Assembly: GCA_013115145.1 (NCBI GenBank) | Contig: JAAPAO010000023.1 | Coordinates: forward strand, 65,438-129,437 | Direction: 5' to 3' | DNA from: Perkinsus chesapeaki ATCC PRA-425 | Lineage: Eukaryota; Protista; Perkinsozoa | DNA length: 64,000 nt | Part shown: one piece after another, positions 1 through 13,040 of the stretch | How the letters are laid out: each line of letters starts with the position of its first letter | Position numbering within the stretch: the stretch's first letter is position 1 | The notes under the pieces: model-generated | Told to the model about the DNA's origin: nothing | What the model saw: only the letters and a program-made list of their open reading frames with translations | Databases searched by the model: none | Made by a program: the position numbers and the translations under genes

Positions 1-2897
1 CTGCATATCTTTGATAGCGTATCTTAGGTTACACTATTACCTTCCTGTCATTCCCAGCCAATCACCGATCTACAAGTTATACCGGAAACTGGTGGCCGAG
101 GCCTGTAAGTTCTCTAATATACCGTTTAACTATAGCATTTTTAGGGTATCTTGTTCTCGAGATGCCACTGCCAAGATTTGGGACCTACGAGCGGACCCCT
201 CCTCAAATCCAGCAGCAAGCATATCCGTTAGTAATAATAATAAGGATGCCCAAGTGTTCGGAGCAAGTGTCAACAACAATAATGTCCTAGCTGTAAGCTG
301 GATGGGCGGGGATCACTGGGAGGCTCATATAAGGTATATCTTATAGTAATACTTATTACTAGCGTTGTTTGATTTTATTTATAATATCTTTCAAGTGGTT
401 TCGAATATGTAAGATTCGGCCGTTTACCAACCGTTCTCGTTGTGACGGTTATATCTAACAGTATGTTTCGATTACCGTAATAAAACTGCTGCTACAGCGC
501 GTGATGGAATGACCGATATCTCACTCTTCGTAGTTGAGGAATTGGTAACCTCAGTCATCGGCCTTGGATAACAAATTATGCACTACCCGAGAAAATACGG
601 CCTTTTGCGTAACATTTCTAGCTTTGGGGGGAGCCGAATAGATTTGCTTACATTATGGTACTTGAAGGAGTCGGAATAAGAGAATAAGATTAGTTACTGT
701 GGGGGAGGCCTATTATGGCTAGGAACTTACCAACGTGGCGAATATAACGAAGTATCAAACTGGATCGGCTTTGTGCACATTTTTGGAAGGTGTAGAGAGA
801 TTTAGTTTAGCGGAGCGAAGGTGCTGTTTTATGACGTTTAATGTGCAGGTGGGATCCGACTCTGATGTTTTACTGTTTGATATGAAAGCTGGGAAAAAGA
901 AGCCTTATTTTACGTATACTGATGCTCATATGGATATAGTCAATTGCGTGAGGTTCCATCCTACAAAAGGGAATCTTTGCTTGACGGGAGGTAGATACGC
1001 GAGAGGTTAACTCGTGGGTTATTGTAGCTGTATCAGGTGAAGATACTCTAGTGAATGTACTTGATGTAGCCGATCTTGTTAATGAGGATGACGGTCAAGC
1101 TCCGAAGGTTACAATAAGTGCGGAAGATTCGGTAAGGCATTTGGGAAATTGATGTTCATAGCGTAGAACGGACTTATGGAGGCCTTCTGGTAGTTATAGT
1201 ATTCTTAGTGCTACCGATATGAAATAATATTGCTACGGGTACGCGGCACTCTTGGCTGTGAGAAGTTCGAGCATGTTGGGGGGGTGGTGTTCGAGTATGT
1301 CCCACCTTGTGATGAGTTGTTGTTAACAATGCTCTATCACCAATTAATGATCTACTGAGGTGTGCCGGAAAAACGTGATTTTTTCAATGACTGTATATAT
1401 TTGTTTCGGAACTTCTGTGTGTACGGTCAATAGCTGGTGAAGTTAACATTTATCATCTCTACTTGCCACGTGTCAATCACGCTCAGATCGGACGAGCACC
1501 GAGTATCGTCATTCTTGGGCCTGATATTGATGAATTGATTTTGGAATGTATTGCAATTCAGGTGCGGTCCGTGTGCTCGGCTGGGAAACAGGGAGAACTA
1601 ATAGTAGCATCTACTTGCACGGAGAAGTTACAAGTCTGGAATGCCATAACAGCGCAACGGTAGGTGGTAACATGCTGGATGCTTTTAAAAATGACGTGTG
1701 CCGGGATCGAACCGACGACCGAGTGAGAGCGTCAACGAAGGTGGTTGTTTCCAAGAATTATCACTGTTGCATGGTTCGAAATGGAATCTAATATCGTTTT
1801 TGATTGCAGTAGCGATTAGTTATCTTTTAGATGTTTGGAGACTAGTGGCATAAGGGAGCACCCACTCCTATGTGCAGGCTCCACTGAAGAGGACAGGCAG
1901 TTGGGCTATATCATTGATGCGCAATACGATGCTATTAATAATAGAATGTAGGTGGGAGAGGAACACCAATCCTGCTAGGGGAAATGTTACTTTTGCTCTT
2001 GGAATCGACTTTTCACGCTTTTAACTATTGAGGGGCTTATCTCGGTGGGAGTTGGTGAATTTGTGGCAGACTACCTTGTTGCATAGGAAGGGCTTGAAGG
2101 TCGGAAGGTGAATAACTGGTTATAGTGTGCGGGAGGACCTCAATTTAAACCTCGGCCACGCACATGTATAGAAGAATTCCCGAAAAAGGAGCCAGATTGA
2201 ATCATTATTTGGCAAATTGCTAGGGCACCACCATCACCTATATGTTGCATAAGATCAATCGGAAGCCGCCTCTCGATGGCTAAGTAGAGATCGGTACTGC
2301 AGTGGCTGCTGCTCACCATGTTGACTATGCCTTGGGAACATATACGATATTAGGATACTCCTTGAGCATCCTACCTTTGATGGTCGTAAATCCTTAACGC
2401 ATTGCTGAGACTGCGCAGAATGGTAAAAGTGTTGCTCCTGTTGAAGTTGTTAAGGCGTTTCCAGTGGACCTATGGTTAGCGCTACATAGGCTACAGCCTG
2501 AATCAGGTTTATAATAGGAGGCTCTACCAACGGCACAGTAGTCTGCTGTGAGCTCCTGGACACGGCAACTCTAACCACACATGGTGTCTTCCATACTGGT
2601 TTGGCAGATAAGGGCCATGAAGGGGTGGTGCGATCGGCTGTACTGGTAGGTTGGAGAGGGGCTTGCAGGCGTACTTAAGCTGAGCTTAGGATACCTCCGG
2701 AGGATCTGTCTTCACCGGTGGAGAGGACGGTGTCGTTGTTAGCTGGGGCCCTAATGCTGGGCATACGGATCTAAGCGATCTGAAAGATGTATGTGCATGC
2801 GTGCATATGATTTCATACCGTATTTTTGTTTGATCAGGGTCGTACAGGCAGCAATAGAGCGTCTCGTGGGGCGTCTTCTGTCGTATCGCCTTACTAA
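1..2897 (+). CDS. WD40-repeat protein, WDR89-like; multi-exon, 5' end lies before the window
   Basis: Spliced exons read VSCSRDATAKIWD, AHMDIVNCVRFHPTKGNLCLTG, GEDTLVNVLD, LGYIIDAQYD, GHEGVVRS and VFTGGEDGVVVSW, ending ...SPY-TAA at 2895-2897. The WD repeat pattern and C-terminal PY resemble WDR89/YNL035C from memory. Confidence 0.7.
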
Positions 2898-3073
2898 GGT
2901 AGCATTCCCACTCAACACTGTCTATGGAGTATTGCTAACGTTCCTCATTACCAACGTGCTTCTAATATGGAAAAACGGCTTGCGTGAAATCTTCGCAGTG
3001 CGGGAAGATACGCCTTCCGTGTCAGCGCTTTTATGGATATAATAGACTCGAGAACCTCCTAACCCGCCTGCCG

Positions 3074-5800
3074 ATGGCTACTACTACTTCTACTAGTACT
3101 GGTGAAGCAACCTTTGTTGAGGATGTCAAAAAGAGGCCCGATAGAACCGATTCAGTATTAAGCGGCGCGCGCACCCCAAGCACAGTTGGTGATCTCACTC
3201 CTGGCTTTCGTGGTCGCCTAGATTCAAGCGACCCCTTTTGGGGCCTAGAGTTCACCGAGGAGATGGCCTTGGCCGCGATGAAGAAGGAAATGAAGAAACG
3301 AGTCTGGCCCGACAGTCGGGTGCACACGGACGGCTCGGCCAAGCAGAGAACTTGGCGACTTGATCCCACCGATTTCGATATGGGTCATATGTTCGCTGCT
3401 GGTGAGGACACCGATGGTTATGTTATGAAGTTTGGTGACTTCGATATGGAGTACTTCTTCGAGGACCCTAACCCGCCTCCGGAGGCAATGCCTTTGTCGT
3501 GGAATATGTGGGAGATCGAGCTCTTTGGGCCTATACGTGAAGACGTTAAGGGCATGTTCAAGCCGGAGCCGGTCCATGATGTTGAAAGATTTGTGGACCA
3601 TGGTCATGATTATGACACTATTGATGAGAGCGAGCTGAGCGATTTCTGGGAGTGTTGGGAGATCAGTCCAGTTGTCCATGTTGGCGTGGTCGAGGCTGTT
3701 CTGGAGCTGCTCAAGGACCCTGTGTATGTGCTCACAATAGACCAGTCAGTTCTGAAAGGTGCCGAGTGGCTCAGCCTCATTAGGATTCACCCGGTGGTTG
3801 AATATCCTATCATATTGAGCCAGACTTCCTCCTGCCTTCACCCCCAAAACCTCCTGGAGACGGCTCGTGCCCAGCAGCCTGCTCTGGGTTGCCAGGGGAT
3901 TCTGCCCCTCCTCGCTGGTGGAATTATGCAGGCTCGTTTGAAAGCATTATTGAGCAGACTTACTCGCCACGAAATTGTCGAGGCTGACCCGCGCGTTCAG
4001 GAGGAGTCCATCAGGAAATGGCTCTGGAAAGCCTGCCTCGATAAGTCCCTTACCGAAGCCTGGCCGCCCACTAAGTGGCTCGGCCCGCTGGAAATGCTCT
4101 ATGTGGAAGCTCAAGCCGTCTTTGTTCGAGATCTGGGTGCCATCGCTGGATTGCTGAAAGCTCAGCACATATCTGGCCGCACCACCGCCGATGTTAACGC
4201 CTGTCCGGGCCTTGCTGTGGCCCGTGCCGCGGTGGCTTCTCGGGTGCTATTGGTCGAAGGGTCGGAGATGTTGAATATGCTTGATGATGATGTGAGCTCT
4301 ATGGCCCAAGAAGTGGCCACACTTATCGTTCTATCTGCCATGGATACCAAGTGGCCCTATCAACAGCAACCCGAGACTGTCGATGATGCTGCCGAGGTGT
4401 TCTTCTCTCATCGCTTTGAGCGCGAGCCCTGGGTGCCTTTGTCGAGGCTTTCAGCTGCATTCTGCCACTCAGGCAACAGCCCACTGGTTCCTCGGCAATG
4501 GCGTCTTAAGGAACCCAGCCAATACGCGTTGCTTGCTGAGAGGCTTTCTAAGGCGATTGAGGCGGGCAAGGTTTACGTGGGCCCACGGTATCTGCCACCG
4601 AGCTACACTCTTCAGGATAGGGTGCGCTCATCGTTGGACTATCTAAGTTGGTGCCTTGCCCATCAACCTCAACGCTCAGTGCCGCCAAGGGAGGCATTGA
4701 GTCCTCTGGCGAGCTGGTGGGACTATATAGGGCTACGTCTTGCTGATTTGGTCTGGGGCATTAGGGACCTGATGAGACTACATCAGCCTGGAGTACTTGT
4801 ACATGCCTACTGGCTCCACAAGTGGTCCTCTGCTCCCAAGCCTCTCCCTAAGCCCTCGGTCTATGGGGGTGATGCATTCGCCTGGAAGCGCCCAGGTAGA
4901 GCAGGTTGTGAGACCTTGGCGTTGAGGATGCCTGCCCCGCCGTATCGTACTGTCATTGATGCGGTGGGCTCCGCGGCCGCTGTACCAGTGGACCATCTGG
5001 CATCCTATTTAGAGCTGCGTTCCAATGACATTGCTCAGTCTTGGCGGTCGTACCGAGCTTTGAACCGTTACGCTGAGCTCACAGCAGTGTTCGCCAAGTG
5101 GCTGGTTGTCCTTGGCCTGCTACATTCGACGGTGCCCTCTATTAACATGTTACCATGAACGCTGGGGCCTGACTCGTCTGTCTTCACCTATGCCCTCCTT
5201 GCCATCGGTTGCTGTCCTGGTGGAGGCCTGTGGGTTGGAATACTCGGCACTTGGATCAAGATTCCTATGTCCCTCATCGGCGAGTGGCCAGTTGATAACT
5301 ACGTCCTTGGCTTGCTAATATTACCGTTGATATCCCGCTCTAAGCTTCAGTGGCCAGCACTGGCCTATCCCACAGTAGAGGAGTGGGCCTTGGGCTCCAT
5401 CGCTCTATCCTCCCTCCTGCCAGCTGTGGGCATCCAGGCGGTCTGGCTCTATGTGCTCGGGGCTATCCTAGGTAATGTAATTTGCCGTGAGATGGAAGCG
5501 CAGGCCGGCATTGCTGCCGTCATCAGCTACCTTGTTGGAGAGAGCATGGTCTTTGCTAACCACCGTAATGACTTTGATGGACTCACCCTTCTTTGGTTCC
5601 ATGATCTTGGCCCATCGACCTTCGCCGTAGTGTATGCCGTCTTGGCCAGTACCACCTATGTGGCATTTGCTCCCCGTTGTAGAAGAGAGCTGATGTGCCT
5701 TAAGCGCGCAGACTGGTGGGTGTCTTGTGCAGCTGTGGTGAGCTTTGGACTCCTCTGCGGTGCTTTTGGTCCATATTTATTATCATTAATAATAGATTAA
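3074..5800 (+). CDS. Intronless orphan, ~909-codon frame with a hydrophobic multi-TM C-terminus, interrupted by one in-frame TGA at 5156-5158 (pseudogene, readthrough or sequence error)
   Basis: ORF 2984-5158 (first ATG 3074) and ORF 5267-5800 are in the same frame. The 36 codons between them are open (TLGPDSSVFTYALLAIGCCPGGGLWVGILGTWIKIP). No family recognised. Confidence 0.6.
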
Positions 5801-6023
5801 CAACAATAAGTCTGATTAGGGTATCATTTCACCTTTCCTATACCCGACCTGTAGAATGTAAAGCGATGTCATCATCCCATTATATGTGTCACGATGGTCT
5901 TCAGCAGGCTCCCCTCACTTTCTCAGAGGATTTCGTTTCCTTCAGATGACTTTGAGTTTTCGCCCCTTTATTCTTCCGTCAGTTGCTTTTAATTAATGTG
6001 TACTCGACTAGGACGGCCCGTTC

Positions 6024-8824
6024 ATGTCTGATGCGCCCTCCTCTCCTCGGCCAGTGGTCCTTGGTACCTGCCCTGGTGAGGCCGCTCGGAGCTATCTGGC
6101 ATGGCTGGGCCCACGGGCCACCGCTGCGGCTTATATTCTTCAAAATGAGCTCCAAGCTCAGGACTTGCCTCGACCACCAGAGCACACTTGTGTGCGTACC
6201 GATCCGCACAAGCAAACGGTTGGCTCCACGCAAGAATTACTCACCTTTGACATGGACACCTTGCCCCGCGTCGGACCCGAGATCATTACCCTGCCTCCCT
6301 CAGTGCCTATTGCCGAGCATCATCATGAGCCTGACAGTTGGAGTTCGTGGGGCAGTAGGGCTTCTGTGTCCCATCCGGCCGTCTGTGAAGCCCATCTTCC
6401 TTCACCATCCCTGGACCCTCTGGTGGCGCCGACTATCTTGTTCCTGGTGTACGCCGCAGTGCTCAGCCGGATGTCCCAGGAAGAGTCGCCCAGCGCCGTG
6501 GCCGCTGCCTGCCTTGCTGAGGTTTACACTTATATTACCCGCAACGGCGCGCCCTGCTGTCGACTTGCTAAAACTGTTCTGGGGGCTTGGAAAGGTGAGA
6601 CGATATACTCGTTGGGTGGCGCTGTAACGATATACTACTTTTGCCAGGTGGATGGGGTTATTGCTGCTTTTGCGAGATGAAGAACCTTATCGTGTCCGCC
6701 GCTTTAAGCTTTCCTACAGAGTCGGCCCGCCTTGAAGTTGGCTCTATCACTCCGGAGGCAGAGGACGAAGCCTCACTGGTCGATGCCCCTTCGTCCCGCG
6801 CGAGTGTGATTGCCGGCAATGTTCCTATAGAGGCGGCCGAACCTGCGCCTGCTGCGCCCCCTCTGTCCGAAACCAAAGCGACAACGACGGAATTGCCTTC
6901 CACAGCATTTCGGCAGGATTGTGTGTTCTGTCCCCTAGGGGAGTCCATACTGGCAGAGCACGTAGCACTGTGCACCCTTGCACGCTTACAAGGCACTTTG
7001 CCTAAGAATAGCCTATCTAAGCTGGAACCAGTAGGAGATGTTGATAAGGGCTCCAATGCTCCGCCTAATTCCTCTCGACTCGATATCACTGCCAACAGGC
7101 CGAGATTTCAAAGTAGCCCGGAGCTCATCACTGCCTTTGACGCCCTACTCGTGCAAGAGGCATTTCTAGCATCTCTGGAACGCCGAAATCGGTCGAGTCA
7201 TCAACAGTGGCGTCGGCGCTCCAGTCGTATGAAGGCTCGACCCAGATCTGATATGATGCCGACTCGCCCCCTGAGTAGCCCGGGGGTGGCGCCCAGGGCA
7301 TATGTGCGGCCTTTCACACCCCATGACCAGCTCCCCTACAGCCTTTATGTGGAGAAGGTTGAAAATGACTTCATTGCTACCTTCTGCAAAAGTCCAAGGA
7401 TTCTTCCTCCCCACACGGTCTCTCGGCTCGAGTCCAGCTCCCATATGCTCGCGCGGTACATCCTCCGCGACCTCTACTTCACCATCGGTATTATCTACGC
7501 CTTGGAGGGGGGTCGGTGGCCACACCCGCCGTCAGCTGAGGTCGGTCGGAAACCCAGCCCAGGAAGCCTGAGCGCTGTGACTTTTCGTCTGACCCGGATC
7601 TCTGAGCCTCGCCCTCGGTCCTTGGGATGCCAGACTGATCTAGCCGGGCTGACTGGCTCTATGATAGATATTACCTTGGCCGCACAGTCGACGACCACCG
7701 CTGGTAGGAGTGAGGATGTGACCGTGAAGAGTAACGAGGCCCACCTGGTCATTGCCGACTCGATGACCATTTCACTGCAGTGCATGGTCCACTCGAAGGA
7801 CGCTGAGGAGAAGACGGTCCAGGCCTCACGGAAGGCTGGACATTGCAACAGCAACCAGAAGGCGGAGATGCCAGTGGTGGAGATGGTCTCCTCCGCGGTC
7901 CAGACGATGAGTCCTCGGCAGCGCCTCGAAGCTGGAACTTTCTGTGACTTGTCTAATATATCAGTTGTCCCTCCTGACGCAACCTCCAACACCGTAGTAA
8001 GTCGCACCCCAGCTGGCGGCAACAATCATTTCAAGAGCAATACGGTGATGGAGGATGATGCCATGGATCTCACCGCAGCCCGACGGTGCTCTGTCGAATT
8101 CGTTGGCTACCTGATGGCCCGCTGTGCCTGCCGGATGATGGCGCGTTCCTCCCTGGATAGCCTTTTCGCCCGCATTGTCGCTCCCGCTCGGGGTACTCTC
8201 CCACGTGCCGAGCGCGTCACTGGGGGGAGCTCCGTGGGAATACAGTGTGTAGATGAGACTCACTCGGACTCTACCGAGTTCGTTCCAGCTTATCTGACAT
8301 CACCGTGCAACGTGGCCTGTCAGACTAACTCACCCCGCCCTAGCCATCTGAGGCTCTTGCTCCTCATGGCGGCCCAGCGAAGGCTACTCTCAAGTGGCGC
8401 CGTCGACAGGCTCCGCCCTGCTCCTGAGGAGGCACCTGCAAGCTGCGGAAGGCGCGGAGGCAGAAACCGCCAGCCACCGTCGTCGACACCATCAGTATCG
8501 AATACAGCGCCGCCCCCTGGCCTTGCTCCAGCGACCCCATGCTTGCTGTTCGAGACTTCGTCCTCGGTCGTCAGTCAGGAACTGACCTCTACGTATAAAT
8601 CGGTCGCCACGACATTGCGTAGAAGTGAACCATCGATGCGGCAGGCGAGTCCTCGTCGTGGGTCGGCGATTGTTGGCTGTTCTCCCCGACGTTCTCTTTT
8701 ACCCGCAAAGGCAGCGCGCAGAAGTCCATTATACCGGAGGGCATACTCGAGCGTGAAGCCACTGCGAGCCAAGCCCTCAGATGAACATCGTTACGAGCTG
8801 CGGTTTTCACCTACCATGTCCTAG
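6024..8824 (+). CDS. Orphan protein of ~915 aa, two exons, Ser/Pro/Arg-rich C-terminus
   Basis: The 218-aa and 727-aa ORFs join in frame through a GT-AG intron at 6595-6647 (AAAG|GTGAG...TTGCCAG|GT), giving AWKGGWGYCCFCEMKNL. No family recognised. Confidence 0.6.
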
Positions 8825-8929
8825 TGTACAATTATTACCGTTGTTCTTTTGGCTTTGATAGAAGTTGTTAGTCGTTGAGTTGGCTTGAAATTGTATCTTT
8901 GTGGTCAGTGTCAGTCCATAAAGTTTGGA

Positions 8930-9977
8930 ATGGCGTTTTCCCAGTCCACCGAATCTCCGTCGGATACTCCGGCCTCAGTCTCGGAAGTGTCCACTGACTG
9001 CAGTGCTGCATCGTATACCAAATTTTGTGCACCCCAGAGCTGCCTCTTTCACCCTGATTCTCCAGGAGCTCATGCTCTCGATGATGCTACTGCTCTTGCT
9101 GCCAAGAGTCGTGACAGTCTGGTAAGAGCGGTGATCATGCTGATCATCATCATCATCATCACCATCGGCAACAACACAGCACTCCCTGTCTTTCAGGCGT
9201 TGATGTTACCTTCGCTTGGGGAAGTCTTGAACCACGTTGTTATGCTAGGAGACGCGACAACCAGTGAGAATTAACCATTGTTCGATGTTCCTCCTCCCTG
9301 TCACACTGCTCCTCCTCCTTCTCCAGGTTCAATGGGCCAAGGAGACCTAACGCGATTCCACGCCGTGCGCATTCCTGGAATATCCATTAAGGACTACCTC
9401 AAACGTCTTGCCAAGCACTTCAATGTACATCTCAATCGTCTTTCGTCATCATCACCACTACAATTGCCCTTTTTAGTGCTCCAATGCCTGTTTCATCATT
9501 GCGCTCATTTACATCGATAAACTTATTAAAACAAGAGGTGAATCCTTCAGGATTAACTCCTACAGTATACACAGGTAGTCGTAGCTTACCCCCAGCAAGC
9601 TGCTCTTGGAATACAACCTTTCTTTTTAGAGTTCTCTTAACGTCGCTCTTGGTGGCGACGAAGTTTTACGACGACAGTTACTACAGCAACGCTTACTACG
9701 CCAAAGTTGGAGGCATTCGCCTTGCTGAACTCAACGCCTTAGAAGTCAGATTCCTACACTTGATGAGTAGAGCGAGCAGTCGGCTAGGCTATGCGCCGTA
9801 TCGTAACTCTTGTTGTTGTTCTCAGAATGGTCTTTAGTTGTCGATCCAGAGGAGTATCAACAATACAAGTATCACATCGTTAAAGTTAGGCTGCTAGAAG
9901 GGAATTTCTCTCAGCCCTGGCAACAGCCTATAAGGAACCCCAAAACTGTAAGCATTGCAGCCTGTGAGCATTCCTAA
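8930..9977 (+). CDS. PHO80/cyclin-P(U)-like cyclin, copy 1
   Basis: Exons give [28 protein letters not shown], and [35 protein letters not shown], the typical cyclin-P box. Confidence 0.85.
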
Positions 9978-11308
9978 TGCTCAGCACTGCTCCTCTATTA
10001 GGTTGATCGACGTTCATCCATTGCATCTACTGTGGACCCAGACGTTGTCTCTTGCTGCCCTCCCACAGGCTCTTCTTTGCTGGGCAGATCTCCTCCCTGT
10101 AAAGGCTCAAGAGCCGGTGTTATAGCGAACGGCAGTGGTAAGAATATTTGGCACATGAATGTGAGTAAAGTTGCTAGGTATATGTTGTCCCGCTCACACT
10201 AATGTTGAGGATGCTGGAGAAGGGCCATTCAATCCCTCTCTTGTGGGGTGTCATGCGGCCCTCCATGATGAATCTATTAAACTGCTGCACCGACAATCAC
10301 CGAGAGGCAAGTGAGTTGTTATACTGTTGATGTTGTTAGTGTTGCTGCTGCTGTTGGTAGATTTCTCACCCCTTAAAAACTACCGAGAAGTCCGCTCTTC
10401 GTTCGCGAGGGTCCACATGTGACATGTGGTTCCCGCGCAGATTGTCTAATATAATTCTTTTTTGATACCATCATCAGATCAACACTCCTTTATCGGATTG
10501 CTGCTGTAACATGAACTGGTTCAGTCTTCTTGTTGTTTGGTCTACTTCTACTTCTTAAGCGTCCTCAACTCCTTGCATTGTCATGAACTATTACCTCTAT
10601 CAGAATAATATAACTGGTCTCAATATTGATTGGCAGCAGCATCATCATTCACCATTACAGAGTATTTAATACGGACTCAACTCATAGTCACCTCGTTGTC
10701 TCTTGGTCTTGGTCTACATCAAGTGGAGGGATGATGATTGGATTCTTGGTATTGGTTATGAACTTTTCATATGTAAGGATCCTACATCAGCAGTATCGTG
10801 CCCGTTTTAGAATAAGATTGAAGAAGATCACTGTAGAGAATAACCGTCTTCACTGCTACAGTCTCTCTTCGCACTGCCAAATGTATTATTGACGATACTA
10901 TTACAGAACGGTGAGTATTAGACTTTATTATTATCATATTTTCTTGCTACTGCTGCCAAAGGTCAGATCAAAACCTATCATTATCTGCTCTGGCTGGTAT
11001 ACCGGCAAACTGCATTCTACCGTGTACGACTTGTATATCTTGCCTCACGCTGTTGGCCTTGTCAGCGAGTTCTGTCACGAGACCTTGTCATCGGGACTAC
11101 TAGTGATGCCGGTGTCTCGTTTATTACTGTGGCTTCTCTTCAAGTGCGCTGGCTCCTGCGGTTGTCGGCTGTTACGGGTATCATTGACGGTGCCACACAA
11201 TACAATGACACAGCGAGAGGAATATCTATAATAGTAAGCGTCGATAGTAAGAGTATGTTGCGAGGATACCAGCAACATGGGAAAGTTGTTGCTGTCTCGA
11301 ATCACTAT

Positions 11309-11332
11309 CATCATCATCATCATCATCATCAT
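11309..11332 (+). repeat. (CAT)8 microsatellite
   Basis: Directly visible perfect trinucleotide run. Confidence 0.9.
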
Positions 11333-11973
11333 TCGAATGTTATTATGACTTTGGCTCTCTTCAGCAGTGCTGACTCAGCACTACTAGGCCAGAGTGAATA
11401 GAGTATTTTATTTTCACCGACCTGCTACTACTGGCTACAACGCTAGTTTCCTGGTCCTTGTCTCTGTACTTTCAGAGCTGTTTCAGTGGCATTCATCACG
11501 AGGACACCTCCGCTGCATGAATATCTGCTATAGAGCAATACAACAGTAATCATCGAAGGTTTCGATACCTACTACTTGTCTGGTATCTATGCGGCTTTTT
11601 TGCTGTGTATCTCCGTTGTGTGAGAGGATGATACATAGTTGTTGTTGTTGTTGCTGCTGGGAGCTAGGTGTTGTTGCCATTCCGCCTTTTCCTGAAAACC
11701 ATAAGTGCCATTGCGTTATCTTCAATGAGCCCATACTAATTCAGCATTACTTTCTGTTTTAATGGTTCCAAAGTTTGCGACCCCGTGGCCACATCCCCTC
11801 CCCTCAACAGCTCCCTCACTGAGCTTCAACTCCTGCCAAGGCGGTCATCTGTCGTGCTGCTCTTCCATGAGTCGCAATCTCGCAAAGTAGCCTTCTGTGC
11901 TGTGTCCAACCAACGAGCATTATTTTGTAGCTCTCACGAATGCAATGAATGCCTCTCACGACGCACGGTCAAG

Positions 11974-12779
11974 ATGAGTGGGCGCGTGAAGTCAAGTGTC
12001 GAAGTGATGCTCGAATATCTATTTGACCGTATGTTAGCAGTCCATGATGACCATCAGATTCTACTGTATGAAAAAGTCACAGTGACCTTGAAGAAGCTCA
12101 TGCAAGTGTCCAATGATGCTCACAAACACTGTACGCCTTCGCCATCTTGATGATTCTTCCTTTTTATTTTTCAAGGTTCGACTCGCCGGCTGCTCCCTCT
12201 AGCGCCCCCCATCCCGCTCGTATTCTACAGTTACCCTCTACCATCTATAACATTGTCACATTACGTTGAGCACATCGAACGAAATATAGATGTAATCGAA
12301 GCCCCGCCTCCGTGCTTCACAATGGTCTCCACTCGTCAGTGTTCGAGGATATGCTTTTTAATTGCTCTGATATATATTCGCCGCCTATTTGGGTCCCACA
12401 AGGCAGCTAATATAGTTAACAAGTGCACCATTCACAGGTCGGTTCTACATGCATCAAATTGCTCCGTTCAATTGCCGAGTTCATGCAGTCAGGCTCTTCC
12501 TCGTCTCTATAGTCCTCGCTGCGAAGTTCGCCGACGACGAGTTTTATCACAATCGCTATTACGCGCAGATTGGGGGGATATCTACGAACGATCTCAACGA
12601 CTTAGAGAAAGAGATATTAAGATTGCTGCGTAGCCTAAGACTGCTGATAAACAGCAGCTGTCTTATAATGTGCTTGTTGTTTTTCTCAGGCTGGGACCTT
12701 TATGTATCTTTCGATGGTATATATGATCCATTTTCATGAATTTCGTTGTCACATCTTGGCCTTGGCGCCGATGGCGTGA
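11974..12779 (+). CDS. PHO80/cyclin-P(U)-like cyclin, copy 2 (last exon frame anomaly)
   Basis: Reads FYSYPLPSITLSHYVEHI, CFLIALIYIRR, VLAAKFADDEFYHNRYYAQIGGISTNDLNDLEKEIL, WDLYVSFD. Confidence 0.8.
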
Positions 12780-13040
12780 GATGTCGCTGACTTGGAAAAG
12801 TTTGGGATAAGATATTTTTATTTAGTGTCACTTCTCTTGCCAGTGGAATGCTTCCACGAGCGTATGGCCTGAGCTAAGCTTGTAGGTAGCTTACCACATT
12901 GGCATACGGGCGTTCTTACCCACATATTGGTACTTTCTCACGGACGATTCTCGCGCTTTGCGTTCACTGGGTGAGAGTGACTTCCGGCCATAGTGAGGTC
13001 CTCTACGGCATCATTCGCAAAGGCTTACTAGTCTCAATAA

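Noticed and set aside
5800-6020. SECIS element for the TGA at 5156
   Set aside because: No convincing AUGA...AA...GA kink-turn stem seen by eye, and no redox-type context around the codon.
6677-6680. ATGA stop/start overlap suggesting prokaryotic or viral translational coupling
   Set aside because: A canonical intron at 6595-6647 joins the two ORFs in frame, a simpler explanation.
10000-11900. Possible small gene between cyclins 1 and 2
   Set aside because: Short ORFs without recognisable motifs or a consistent exon chain; not supportable.
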